From: an uncultured Candidatus Entotheonella sp.
GTDB taxonomy: Bacteria; Tectomicrobia; Entotheonellia; Entotheonellales; Entotheonellaceae
DNA: 64,000 nucleotides
Direction: 5' to 3'
Assembly: GCA_965217185.1 (NCBI GenBank)
Contig: OZ244252.1
Location: forward strand, 1,280,001-1,344,000
Shown here: piece by piece, positions 1 to 9,872 of the stretch
How positions within the stretch are numbered: the first letter of the stretch is position 1
How the letters are laid out: each line of letters opens with the position of its first letter
Notes under the pieces: generated by a model
Seen by the model: only the letters and a program-made list of their open reading frames with translations
What the model was told of the DNA's origin: nothing
Databases searched by the model: none
Translations under genes and position numbers: made by a program

Positions 1-1265
1 TTGTGGGCGAACGGCTCCGGCGCTGCGCCGCGCTCCAGCACCACGCGCTCATAGCCGCGCGGCGATTGTCCGGCAACCGCGTGGATGAAGGCGTGGCGCG
101 GTGATAACGATTCCTGATTGCCCACCAGCCGCCGCGCCTCCCAGAAATACGACTCCGCCGTGCGATTGCTGCTGTAGAAGAGTTGGGCCATGGTGCGGAA
201 GTGGTTGTATTCCTTGCCATACAACTCGGCATAGACCTTCCCCGCCGCCTCGGCCATGCCAGGGTCTTTGAGGGCGGTGCTCACGTATGCCGCGGCGAGC
301 ACGCCGGACATCAGCGCCAAGTGCACGCCGGACGAAAACAGCGGGTCCACGAAGCACGCCGCATCGCCGACCAGGATGTAGCCGTCTCCCACCAGCCGTT
401 CCGAGGTGTAGGACCAGTCCTTGACTACTTGTGGCCCGGAAACCAGTTGAGCGTCCCGCAGCATGCGGGCCGTGACCGGCGCCTCCGCCATCCCTCGCAG
501 GAAAACCTCCTGCACGTCACCCTTCGACAAATGTTCCTGACCGCTATGGCTGTCAAGTACCGTGCCGACGCTCGTCCATCCGGTGTGTAAGGGGATCATC
601 CATGACCAACCGTTCGGGTGCGCCTCAATGAAGATATTCGTCTCGTCAGGGGCCGGCAGGCGGTCGGCGCCGGTCACGTAGCCGTACACCGCCAAGTTGC
701 GGAAGAACGGATCCCAGCGCCGCAGTTGCAGTCGGCGCCCCAGCAGCGCAGCTTGGCCGCTGGCATCGACCACAAAGCGGGCACGGACGGTGCCGTCCTG
801 TCCGGCGTCGCTGCGATAGCGCACGCCGCAAGCCCGGCCCTCCTCGTACAAGACCTCGACGACCTGATGGCCCTCGCGTACCTCAACGCCGCACGCACGG
901 CTGTTTTCCAGGAGCAATTGATCGAAGACGGGCCGCCACACCTGGTAGGCGTGCGGGTTGTTCGGGTTGGTCTCGCGGAAGTACCAGCTCCAGGGCTTGT
1001 CGTCCTTGCCCCAGACCATGGTGGCGCCCCATTTGGGGAGGAATCCTGCCGCTTGCACGGCAGGCAGGACGCCCAGTTCGTCCAGGACGGGTAGGCTGGC
1101 AGGAAGAAGGGATTCGCCGACGTGGTGACGCGGAAAACGCTCGCGTTCAAGAAGCAGAACGCGCCAGCCTTTGCGGGCCAGCATGGCGGCGGCGGTGCTA
1201 CCGCCCGGGCCGCCGCCGATGACCACCACGTCGGCGTCGAAGTTAGGTTGATGAGGGGTTGTCAT
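1..1265 (-). CDS. Flavin-dependent halogenase (3' end runs off the window; absent from the ORF track)
   Basis: Manual translation from ATG 1265: MTTPHQPNFDADVVVIGGGPGGSTAA (GxGxxG), FPRHHVGESLLP, GFLPKWGATMVWG (candidate catalytic Lys), GWSWMIP (WxWxIP halogenase motif), GDAACFVDPLFSSGVHLA; the frame is open to the window edge. Confidence 0.85.
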   Translation of the reverse strand, partial: MTTPHQPNFDADVVVIGGGPGGSTAAAMLARKGWRVLLLERERFPRHHVGESLLPASLPVLDELGVLPAVQAAGFLPKWGATMVWGKDDKPWSWYFRETNPNNPHAYQVWRPVFDQLLLENSRACGVEVREGHQVVEVLYEEGRACGVRYRSDAGQDGTVRARFVVDASGQAALLGRRLQLRRWDPFFRNLAVYGYVTGADRLPAPDETNIFIEAHPNGWSWMIPLHTGWTSVGTVLDSHSGQEHLSKGDVQEVFLRGMAEAPVTARMLRDAQLVSGPQVVKDWSYTSERLVGDGYILVGDAACFVDPLFSSGVHLALMSGVLAAAYVSTALKDPGMAEAAGKVYAELYGKEYNHFRTMAQLFYSSNRTAESYFWEARRLVGNQESLSPRHAFIHAVAGQSPRGYERVVLERGAAPEPFAH

Positions 1266-1281
1266 ACCCAGCGCGCCGAGA

Positions 1282-2586
1282 TCAATCGGCGACGTGCTCG
1301 GCAGTGCCCGGGGCGGCTTCGGCATGCGGGCCGTCGGCGGCGTCATCATTCGCCGCGAACGGCTGACCGGTCGCCGGATCGACCTCGAAGGGGCCGGGCA
1401 ATTCCAGTTCCTCAGCGATTTCCTTGACCGCGGGGATGACTTCCTGGCCCATCAGCCGCAAGCTGCGCATGGCGTCGTCGTGGTTCATGGCGCCGTCGCC
1501 GTCCCAGAAGAAAATGCTGCCGGGGCGCAGGTATTCCAGCACGTGGCGGATTTTGGGGATGACGGTCTTAGGGGTGCCGGAAATCACCGTGTAATCCTCT
1601 ATCTGCTGCTCATACGGCCGCCCCAAGGCACTGGCGAGGCCCCCGCGCGCCCGCGTCGCTACGGTTTGTGTCGGCAGTACGCGCTTGCGGGACGTGAGGC
1701 CCGGCAGGTTGAGCAGCGCCGGGTTCACGGTTCCCTCATTGCCGGCCAGGAACGGGTTGCTCGGCCCCTGCACGAACTTGCGGCCGGTCTTATCCGCCAG
1801 TTCTTCGGTCTCGTCCACGTGCACCTTCCACAGGTAGCCGATGTTTTGCGGGCCGGACTGATAGCCCTCCTCGGCCGCGGTGTCGTGGTAGAGCTGGAAC
1901 GCCCGCCGGGTGGGTTCGAGCTCGGTGGCCAGCATGATGTAGGGAATGCGTTGCTTGGCGGCCCACATGAGCGAATCGCGGCTCACCACGCCGGGCAGCC
2001 AGATTGGCGGGTGGGGCTTCTGGTAGGGCTTCACCCACGGGTTGACGTGGCGGTAATGAAAATGCTTGCCCTCCCAGCGGAACGGGCCGGAGGTGGTCCA
2101 CGCCTTGACGATGAAATCGTGCGCTTCCTGAAAGCGCTCCCAGTTGTAGTGCGGCGGGATGTTGTGCGACACGCTCTCCCGCCCGGTGCCGCGCACCCAG
2201 CCGGAGACCAGGCGGCCGTGCGAGATCATGTCGATCATGGCGAGCTGTTCCACCAGCCACATCGGGTCGTCCCACAGCGGCAGGATGTTGCCCAGCAGGA
2301 CGATCTTGGCGCGGCTGGTCATGCGCGCCAAGATGGAGGCTTCTACGTTCATGGCGCCGCCCATACAGAACGGCGTGCCGTGGTGTTCGTTGAGCATCAG
2401 GCCGTCGAAGCCCATCTCCTCGGCGTAGGTTTTCTCGTCGAGGTAGCGATTGTAAAGGTGGGCTCCCAGCTTGGGGTCATAGATGTTGTTGCTGACCGTG
2501 AGGTCCATGATGGGCTTGCCGGTGGCACCGAAATAGCCGGAGTCCGGGTCCTGGTAGGGCCGCTCGGTGAAATACCCGATAAACAT
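1282..2586 (-). CDS. LLM-class (luciferase-like) flavin-dependent oxidoreductase
   Basis: AEEMGFDGLMLNEHH, LAMIDMISHGRLVSGWVRG and PYQKPHPPIW motifs. Confidence 0.9.
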   Translation of the reverse strand: MFIGYFTERPYQDPDSGYFGATGKPIMDLTVSNNIYDPKLGAHLYNRYLDEKTYAEEMGFDGLMLNEHHGTPFCMGGAMNVEASILARMTSRAKIVLLGNILPLWDDPMWLVEQLAMIDMISHGRLVSGWVRGTGRESVSHNIPPHYNWERFQEAHDFIVKAWTTSGPFRWEGKHFHYRHVNPWVKPYQKPHPPIWLPGVVSRDSLMWAAKQRIPYIMLATELEPTRRAFQLYHDTAAEEGYQSGPQNIGYLWKVHVDETEELADKTGRKFVQGPSNPFLAGNEGTVNPALLNLPGLTSRKRVLPTQTVATRARGGLASALGRPYEQQIEDYTVISGTPKTVIPKIRHVLEYLRPGSIFFWDGDGAMNHDDAMRSLRLMGQEVIPAVKEIAEELELPGPFEVDPATGQPFAANDDAADGPHAEAAPGTAEHVAD

Positions 2587-2664
2587 CGGTGGTTCTCCCT
2601 GTGGTTGCGGAACGGTTGAAAAGGGCGGCTGCCGCAGGATGGGCGGCGGGCCATGCGGGGGGCA

Positions 2665-4035
2665 TTATAGCACTGCTGCTTCCTGGCTCTGTTGAGCCAT
2701 GGCGCCGATGCTGCGGCGCCGCACGACGCGGACCTTGAACGACTTGCTGGGACTGGGGAACGGAATCTGGGCGATCTTCAAGGTGTAATCAGATGGGACG
2801 AGCTCAAGCTCGACCTCGTGCAGGATGGTCGCCATCGTCACCGCAATCTGCACCTCGGCGAAGCCGCTGCCCAGGCAGCGATGCGTGCCCAGACCGAAGG
2901 GCGCATAGGCCTCGGGTTGCCGGTGCTCGGCGCGTTCCGGGGTATAGCGGTCGATGTCGAACCGATCTGGCTCTGGGAAGTGGTCGGGCAAGTAGTGGGG
3001 CACCGTGGTCGCGATCATCACGTTTTCGCCGGCGGGAATGCGGTAACCGCCGAACTCGAAGGAATTGGTTACCGTGCGTACCAGCAGCGGTGCAACGGGA
3101 TACATCCGCATCGTTTCCATGGCGGCGCGGTGCGTCGCATCCAGGCCGCGGAGACCTTCCCGCGTCGGCGTCCCGTCGGCGAAAAGTCTGTCCGCCTCGG
3201 ACTGCACCTGAGCCAGCAATTCGGGGTGCTTCAGTAAGGCATAGAGCATGAACGAGCAGGTGCCCGTCACCGTGTGGAGCGCGACGATGAAAGGCTCGAG
3301 CGCGTTCACCTTCAAATCCGCTTCGGGGAGGAATTGGGGGTCCGACTCGTGCAAATTCAGAATGTCGTCGATCAGGTCCCGGTTGTCGCCGTCGCGATTC
3401 CGCTTCTCTCCTGTGTGTTGTGCCATGACCTTGAGGTACAACTCGTCCAACCGCTCGGACGCGCGTCGAAACCGTCGAGACCAGAGGGCTGGACGGGCGA
3501 TGAACCGGCTTGTTTGAAGCACGTAGACGAAATAGTCCAGATCGTCGATATAGGGGTGGGGTGAGACACCGCCGACCAGCGTCCCGACTTGCTTGCCGGC
3601 GATGCGCTGCAGAGCGGGGACGACCGGCCAGGGCGTATTGAGCGGCCACTTCGCCATCTCCTGTCGGGCGATGGCGGCGAGGTCGGAGACGCGGTCCGCC
3701 GCGTACTGCCTGGAATACCCCCGCTTCAGCGTCCTGCGCAGCGTTGCATGCTCGGCACCGTCACTGCTGATCACCGAGCGCGCCGCGCCGTACCGGTTGA
3801 CGATGCTGTTCCAGAATTCAAAGGAGCGGAAATGATATGCGCCCTCGCGCATCAGGAACCGATTTGCTTCCACGCCGGCCAGCACCGTGAATCGCCGGTG
3901 CAGCATGCGGATGCCGAAGACCGGCCCCAGCTCTATATACTGCGACGTGAGAAACCCGCGGATGTCTCTTGCCATGCTCAGGGCGTTGCCGATGAACGGC
4001 AGGCCTCGCGCGACGGGTGGCGCCGAAGAAGCCAT
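2665..4035 (-). CDS. Cytochrome P450
   Basis: Heme motif FGLGTHRCLG, ExxR (ETMR), PDRF meander. Confidence 0.95.
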   Translation of the reverse strand: MASSAPPVARGLPFIGNALSMARDIRGFLTSQYIELGPVFGIRMLHRRFTVLAGVEANRFLMREGAYHFRSFEFWNSIVNRYGAARSVISSDGAEHATLRRTLKRGYSRQYAADRVSDLAAIARQEMAKWPLNTPWPVVPALQRIAGKQVGTLVGGVSPHPYIDDLDYFVYVLQTSRFIARPALWSRRFRRASERLDELYLKVMAQHTGEKRNRDGDNRDLIDDILNLHESDPQFLPEADLKVNALEPFIVALHTVTGTCSFMLYALLKHPELLAQVQSEADRLFADGTPTREGLRGLDATHRAAMETMRMYPVAPLLVRTVTNSFEFGGYRIPAGENVMIATTVPHYLPDHFPEPDRFDIDRYTPERAEHRQPEAYAPFGLGTHRCLGSGFAEVQIAVTMATILHEVELELVPSDYTLKIAQIPFPSPSKSFKVRVVRRRSIGAMAQQSQEAAVL

Positions 4036-4228
4036 CCTTTTCTCCTTCCCTCCCTCACGAGCGGGAAACCGACATGCTTCCTATTGGACGCATTATAAGG
4101 CACCTTCGACGCTTGTTCCCAGCGATGGGTTGGCGCCGCGGAGCATTTGACCGCATGCTTCCGAGGTGTGACAATGCCGCCTTCACCCAACTGGTCACGG
4201 CTTATTTGAGGAGCGAGGACAACCCACC

Positions 4229-5032
4229 ATGACGACACTTTCGGCGCCCTGGACGGCGGACATGATCGAGGCCGCGGGCCTCAAGATCGAGCTTGTAAAA
4301 GGCGGCAGCGGGCCGCCCCTGCTGGTGCTGCACGACGAGTTGGGGCATCCCGGCTGGCTGCGCTATCACGACGCCCTGGCTCGGCACTACACTCTGCATC
4401 TGCCGTCGCATCCCGGCTTCGGGCAGTCCGATCGTCCGGACTGGATCCTGAGCATGCGGGATCTGGCCTGCTGGTACCTCGACGCCTTGGACGAACTGGG
4501 CTTGCAGCAGGTGTCGGTCATCGGCGTTGGGCTGGGCGGCTGGTTGGCGGCGGAGATGGCGACCATGTGCCCGCAGCAGTTCGGTAAGCTGGTCCTGGTG
4601 GGTGCGCCGGGCATCAAGCCGCCGCGCGGTGATATTTACGACGTGTTCCTGGTGATCGCCAGGGACTATTTGGCCGCCAACTTCCACGACGCCGCGAACT
4701 GTGCGGAGTACCAGGAATTGTACGGCGCCGACCCGACGCCCGAGCAGGTGGAGAACTGGGAAGTGGCGCGTGAGATGGCCAGCCGGCTGAGTTGGCGGCC
4801 CTTCATGCACTCACCGAGCCTGCCGTATCTGCTGCGTCGGCTGCGCGGGCTCCCTACCCTTCTGGCCTGGGGCAAGCAGGACGCCATCGTGCCGTTGAGC
4901 GCTGCGGAGGTGTACCAGGCGTCGATTCCGGGCGCGGAGTTGGCGGTTTTCGATTCATGCGGCCATCACCCCGAAATCGAGCAGGCCGACGCCTTTGTGG
5001 AGCGGGTTGTGGCTTTTCTGGGTGAGGCCTGA
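4229..5032 (+). CDS. Alpha/beta-hydrolase fold protein
   Basis: PLLVLH, HPGFGQS, elbow IGVGLGG, WGKQDAIVP, CGHHPEIE. Confidence 0.85.
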   Translation: MTTLSAPWTADMIEAAGLKIELVKGGSGPPLLVLHDELGHPGWLRYHDALARHYTLHLPSHPGFGQSDRPDWILSMRDLACWYLDALDELGLQQVSVIGVGLGGWLAAEMATMCPQQFGKLVLVGAPGIKPPRGDIYDVFLVIARDYLAANFHDAANCAEYQELYGADPTPEQVENWEVAREMASRLSWRPFMHSPSLPYLLRRLRGLPTLLAWGKQDAIVPLSAAEVYQASIPGAELAVFDSCGHHPEIEQADAFVERVVAFLGEA

Positions 5033-6012
5033 TGCCGAACGTCCTGCTCACCGCGCGGTATTTTGCCGTCGATCCCGAACCCCTCGATTTGTTGCGCCGT
5101 AACGGCTGCGTCATCACCCACCCGGACATTGATTGGACTCTGGGCGACGGCAACGTGTCGCAAGCCCGCGCCATTGAGCTTCTGCACGACGCCGATGGGG
5201 CGATTATTTCATCCATGCCGATTACCGCGGCGGTGCTTGACGAGGTGCCGCGGCTCAAAGTCATCGCCCTGCGCGGCGTGGGCTACGACTCGGTTGACGT
5301 GGCCGCAGCCACGGCGCGCGGCATTCCGGTGGCGGTGGCGCCGGGGTTCACCGACAGCGTCGCCGATTACGTGTTTGGCTTGCTGCTGGCAGTGGCACGC
5401 CAAGTGGCGCAGGCGGATCGCGTGGTGCGCGGCGGGCATTGGGAAGTGTTGGTCAGCACCAACATCGCCGGCAAAACGCTGGGCATTATCGGGCTAGGGC
5501 GTATCGGCAAGGCGGTGGCACGGCGCGCGCGAGGCTTCGACATGCCGATTCTCGCCACCGATGTCGTGCAGGACGAGGCTTTTGCGGCGTCGCACGGGGT
5601 GCGGTACGCGACGCTGGAGGAGTTGCTGCGGCAGGCAGACATTGTGTCGATCAACGCCCCATTGCAGGGCGACACCCGTCATCTCATCGACGCAAAGGCG
5701 CTCGCTTCAATGAAGCCGACGGCCTATTTGATCAACACGGCGCGCGGTGATCTGGTCGACGAAGCCGCTTTGGCGGAGGCGTTGCATGCCGGGCGCCTAG
5801 CCGGCGCCGGCCTCGACGTGTTTCACGACGAACCGTTGCAGGACAGTCCGTTGCGCGGCATCGACAATGTTGTGCTGTCCCCCCACCTTGCCGCCTACAG
5901 CCGCGAGGGCCTACGCGAAACCGGCGTTCTGGCGGCCCGCGCCGTGCTTGCCGTTCTGGCGGGAGATCACCCCGATGCCACGCAGTGGGTGAATCCCGGG
6001 GCGGCCGGGTAG
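5032..6012 (+). CDS. D-2-hydroxyacid / phosphoglycerate dehydrogenase family protein
   Basis: GVGYDSVD, GIIGLGRIG, INTARG, LDVFHDEP, SPHLA. Confidence 0.9.
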   Translation: MPNVLLTARYFAVDPEPLDLLRRNGCVITHPDIDWTLGDGNVSQARAIELLHDADGAIISSMPITAAVLDEVPRLKVIALRGVGYDSVDVAAATARGIPVAVAPGFTDSVADYVFGLLLAVARQVAQADRVVRGGHWEVLVSTNIAGKTLGIIGLGRIGKAVARRARGFDMPILATDVVQDEAFAASHGVRYATLEELLRQADIVSINAPLQGDTRHLIDAKALASMKPTAYLINTARGDLVDEAALAEALHAGRLAGAGLDVFHDEPLQDSPLRGIDNVVLSPHLAAYSREGLRETGVLAARAVLAVLAGDHPDATQWVNPGAAG

Positions 6013-6032
6013 CGCCGTCTGACCCGCGACTG

Positions 6033-7655
6033 TCACCGCACCGTGATCATGCCGGGTTCGTATCGTTCGTACGGTTCCAATCCCATCAGTTGAATCACCG
6101 TATTGGCGACGTTCGCCAGCGTGTGGACCTGCCCTTGCCGCAGCCGGTAGTGATCGCCCCCAGCCGGATCGTACAGGTAGAACGGCACCGGGCTCAGGCT
6201 GTGTGAGGTCTTGGGCGGCAGCGCGGCGTCGAGAGCTTGCCAGTCAGCCGCTTGGCTGGGTTCGACGTCGAACATCTCGTCGCAGTTGCCGTGGTCGGCG
6301 GTGATGAGCAGAACGGTGTTGCTCGAATCGGCCGCCCGGATTAGCCTGCCCAGCATCACGTCGAGGGTCGATACGGCCACGACCGTCGCCGGCAAATCCC
6401 CCGTGTGCCCTACCATATCCCCATTCGCCAAGTTGATACGGCCAACGTCGAAGCTGCCGCTGCGCATGCGCGCCACGGTGGCGTCGGTGATTTCCGCGGC
6501 TTTCATCCAGGGCCGTTGATCGAAGCTGATGCCAGCGTCCGATGGGATTTCGAGGTATTCCTCCAAGGTGCGGTCGACGTAGCCGGACCTGTTGCCGTTC
6601 CAGAAGTAGGTCACGTGCCCGAACTTCTGCGTTTCGCTGCAGGCGAATTGCCGCAACTTGCGGCTGACGAAAAACTCGCTCAGGGTGTGGTCGATCTCTG
6701 GCGGCGCCACCAGGTAATGTTCGGGGATGGCGAGATCGCCATCGTACAACATCATACCGGCGTAGAAGGTGCTGGGACGATGAATGCGGTCAAAATACGG
6801 AAACTCCGCATCACAAAAGGCCCTTGATATCTCAATGGCGCGGTCGCCGCGGAAGTTGAAAAAGACAACGCCGTCGCCGTCGTGAATCGGCCCGACGGGT
6901 TGGCGGCCCTCGTCGGTGATGACGAACTCAGGCAGATACTGGTCGCCCACGTCGGTGTCCTTGCGGAAGGTTTGCAGGGCCACGGTGAGTGACGGGAAGC
7001 CCTGCCCTTCGCCCAGCACGTGCACCCGCCAGCCGCGTTGCACCATGCCCCAATCAGCCTCGTAACGATCCATGGTGATGTGCATGCGGCCGCCGCCGGA
7101 TGCCGCCAGTACGTCGAAATCGGGGCTGCGCAACTCGGCCATGGTCCGTTCCAGGCGCTCTACGTAAATCTCGGCTGACTTTTCGCCGACGTCGCGGCCA
7201 TCGAGCAGCACGTGGACCCGAGCTCGCCGGATGCCGTCGGCCTTGGCCCGCGCCAGCATGGCGTAGAGGTGCTGTTCGTGTGCGTGCACGTTGCCGTCGG
7301 ACAGCAGCCCGAGGAAGTGCAGCGCTCCGTGGTGCGTGCCGACATAGGACAGCAGGTCTCGCCAAGTGCGGCCCGCAAAGATCCGTTCGGAAGCGATGGC
7401 TTCCCTGACCAATGTGGCGCCTTGCGGAAAGACGCGCCCGGCGCCGAGGGCGTTGTGGCCCACCTCGCTGTTGCCGATGTCGTCGTCGCTCGGCATGCCG
7501 ACGGCGGTGCCGTGGGCTTGCAGCGTGGTATACAGCCCGTGCCGTTTGAGCCAGTCCATGGCCGGCGTCCAGGCAAGCTGCACGGCGTTGCCGAAGCGCT
7601 CCTCGCGCGCTCCGACTCCATCCATGACCACAATTAAAACCCGTCTAGTGCTCAC
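6033..7655 (-). CDS. gpmI: 2,3-bisphosphoglycerate-independent phosphoglycerate mutase
   Basis: MDGVG, GNSEVGHNALGAG, LSDGNVH, FNFRGDRA, SETQKFGHVTYF, NGDMVGHTG, ADHGN. Confidence 0.95.
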   Translation of the reverse strand: MSTRRVLIVVMDGVGAREERFGNAVQLAWTPAMDWLKRHGLYTTLQAHGTAVGMPSDDDIGNSEVGHNALGAGRVFPQGATLVREAIASERIFAGRTWRDLLSYVGTHHGALHFLGLLSDGNVHAHEQHLYAMLARAKADGIRRARVHVLLDGRDVGEKSAEIYVERLERTMAELRSPDFDVLAASGGGRMHITMDRYEADWGMVQRGWRVHVLGEGQGFPSLTVALQTFRKDTDVGDQYLPEFVITDEGRQPVGPIHDGDGVVFFNFRGDRAIEISRAFCDAEFPYFDRIHRPSTFYAGMMLYDGDLAIPEHYLVAPPEIDHTLSEFFVSRKLRQFACSETQKFGHVTYFWNGNRSGYVDRTLEEYLEIPSDAGISFDQRPWMKAAEITDATVARMRSGSFDVGRINLANGDMVGHTGDLPATVVAVSTLDVMLGRLIRAADSSNTVLLITADHGNCDEMFDVEPSQAADWQALDAALPPKTSHSLSPVPFYLYDPAGGDHYRLRQGQVHTLANVANTVIQLMGLEPYERYEPGMITVR

Positions 7656-7688
7656 GCGGTGTCCCTTCTTTGGAGGGCTTCATTGCAT

Positions 7689-8117
7689 CTATCGCACGGG
7701 GCAGTGGTAACCATCTTCCGATTCGCCCGGCGAGAAGTCTTCCAGCGCAGCCAACAACCCTTCCGCCACTACAACTGCCGTGCGCATCAACTGCACCGCG
7801 TTGTGGTCTCTTTTCTGATATCGGATGGGGCCGGCCAATTCGTAATCCGATATGTTTCGCATACGCGACAGTTGTCTCAGTAGTCTCCGTATGCGTTGTG
7901 TTGGGGAGGCACGAAGCGCGCTATAGCGATCAATGAGTTGGGCATGCCTGCTGCCTCGGCCTAATGGCTGAGCCCCGGGGTTCTCCCTGAAATAACGGCA
8001 GCAAGCCTCGTGATGCAGACCGTAGTAGAGCCGTCCGATGGCCGCGCGATGCTCGGCTTCCGTCCTACCCGAATTGGCAAGCCGTACCCCAAGCTGATAG
8101 AAATCCGAAGGTTTCAT
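7689..8117 (-). CDS. HEPN-domain protein (putative toxin/RNase)
   Basis: IGRLYYGLHH and RMRNISDY resemble the HEPN SRxYY...RxxADY pattern; 4-bp overlap with the upstream gene. Confidence 0.6.
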   Translation of the reverse strand: MKPSDFYQLGVRLANSGRTEAEHRAAIGRLYYGLHHEACCRYFRENPGAQPLGRGSRHAQLIDRYSALRASPTQRIRRLLRQLSRMRNISDYELAGPIRYQKRDHNAVQLMRTAVVVAEGLLAALEDFSPGESEDGYHCPVR

Positions 8118-8536
8118 ATTTTCAGCGGTAAAATCTCGAAGTCGATCATCTTGAGGTAATCGGTCCTTTCGTCCTCCGTCCAGGTTGCTTCCTGCTCAAA
8201 AACCGCCTTGCTGATGGCTTTGTCTGCCTCATGCCACTCACACTTGTCGATGTCAGCCCAGATAGAGAGGAGCAGTCTGACCTGGCTGGGATCATCAGGG
8301 TCGGTGCTGGCCTGAACGACTGCGGAGGCAAGACGGTTGCCTAGTTCCTGGCGGGCGATTTCATAAATCAATTGCAAGACTTTGGCACGAAATGGCGTGC
8401 GGAGAACCTTCGCATCCATTGGGAAGTATAGAAGGAGCGGCGCGTGCCGCTTCTTACCCACGCCGTTGGCGGGAACGGCAAAAGGGTTTCGCTTCGAACG
8501 GCAGGGCTTGGCCAGCACTGACGTATTCTGAGCCAT
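8114..8536 (-). CDS. Hypothetical protein, putative partner (antitoxin/MNT-like) of the HEPN protein
   Basis: 140-aa ORF coupled (ATGA overlap) to the HEPN gene; STDPDD...LLLSIWAD acidic beta segments. Confidence 0.45.
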   Translation of the reverse strand: MAQNTSVLAKPCRSKRNPFAVPANGVGKKRHAPLLLYFPMDAKVLRTPFRAKVLQLIYEIARQELGNRLASAVVQASTDPDDPSQVRLLLSIWADIDKCEWHEADKAISKAVFEQEATWTEDERTDYLKMIDFEILPLKI

Positions 8537-8557
8537 GATGGGGCCTCCCCAATCCCA

Positions 8558-9007
8558 TTACGATTCGTTGACGGCATTCATTAGAGCTTTCCCGAAACGA
8601 GTCAGGTGTTTACGTTCGGCGTCGGTTTCAGCAGTCCAATAGGGCCCAGCGTCAGTCGCTCCGACCATAGACAAAACCAGAGTCAGTTGCGATTCATCCG
8701 AATCGGGGATCGTCCGCACTGGGCCTGTGCGGAAATGAACCTCTGCGATGGACTTCATCACGATGACCGTCAGGTCGCTCAGGGTTTCATCGTCCTCATC
8801 CGTTACGATATCAATGATCAACTTGTCCGTGATGACAGCCAAGTTGGCATAGCTGCCTTCGATAAAGACGTAGAACGCCCACACCGGTAACCCCTCTATG
8901 AGTTCCCTGCCCAAGTCCCAATACTCGGCAAACGCTTTCCGCTCGTTCTCTGCAAGGATGTGTTCAACCAGGGTTTCCATCTTGCTGGTGTCATCGCGGC
9001 TTGGCAT
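8558..9007 (-). CDS. Hypothetical acidic protein (possible PH-like fold)
   Basis: 149-aa ORF with RBS (aggag); beta-rich LAVITDKLII and a C-terminal helix. Confidence 0.5.
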   Translation of the reverse strand: MPSRDDTSKMETLVEHILAENERKAFAEYWDLGRELIEGLPVWAFYVFIEGSYANLAVITDKLIIDIVTDEDDETLSDLTVIVMKSIAEVHFRTGPVRTIPDSDESQLTLVLSMVGATDAGPYWTAETDAERKHLTRFGKALMNAVNES

Positions 9008-9326
9008 AGGGATGGCTCCTGATATCGGGTCGTCTTAACGTCCGTTGCTTTGCGGGCCCTGCGCGTGGGGACAGGGCGGCCGTTTCAGGTGAATATCGTC
9101 TCAGAACCCTTGCCAGAGTACCAAACTCGTCAGCGCTGATTCCAGGGGCGGCGGGCGGATGGGGTGAAGGCGGCCCCGAAAAGTCGGACCATGCTATGGA
9201 CCCGGCAGGAACGCATCACCAGAGGCGAGGATTCCCCCTTGTCTCCATAAGACGGTCAAAGGCACCTGGGTTCGCCCGCGATGCCCGTTCCTCGACTTGC
9301 ACCAGCACGAGACTGTCATTTCTGTT

Positions 9327-9872
9327 TCAGCCTGACTGAGAAAGCCGCTCGTACTCCGTGCAGGCGGCGGCTAGCGAAGAGGGAACCGGTTCCCTGAGTT
9401 GACGGCTATGGCACATATCAACAAGCTGTTCAACATGTCGTTGACAGTCTCTCGGACGCGGCAGACGAGGGTGACCGCCTTGAACTTCAGAGACGGTCTC
9501 ACCATCGAGATAGGCAAGCCAGGTTTCGATGGACCATGTGGGAATAAAGATGAAAACGGACTCGCTCGCGCCTCTACGTAGTATCTGCTCTTGGTCGCAC
9601 GCCGCGTCAAGCTGTGCGAGTCGTTCGGCGACGCCATAGCGGTCGCCGTCGATCAGTACGGCCAGCAACACGTTCCCATGCCGTTTGCGATATTCTTTCA
9701 ATTCTATGGGGAATCGCCTTCGGACGAACTGCTCGGCCGCGCCGCTTCCGCCGGGAGCCTTTTCTACACGTATCTGGTGTGTGGACCAGCCCATTTCCTT
9801 GAGGAAGCGCTGCGCGAAGGTCGCGTGCTGCGTGTCCTCGCACAGTAATGTCATCCGCACCTGCCGGCTCAA
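9327..9872 (-). CDS. TOPRIM-like nuclease (DUF4276/DUF4435-like)
   Basis: LLCED (Glu), IDGD (DxD), IETWL; probable TTG start overlapping the ATPase stop. Confidence 0.6.
   Translation of the reverse strand: MSRQVRMTLLCEDTQHATFAQRFLKEMGWSTHQIRVEKAPGGSGAAEQFVRRRFPIELKEYRKRHGNVLLAVLIDGDRYGVAERLAQLDAACDQEQILRRGASESVFIFIPTWSIETWLAYLDGETVSEVQGGHPRLPRPRDCQRHVEQLVDMCHSRQLREPVPSSLAAACTEYERLSQSG

Noticed and set aside
49..1427. Several short ORFs listed over the first 1.3 kb
   Set aside because: They are shadow frames of the halogenase gene on the minus strand
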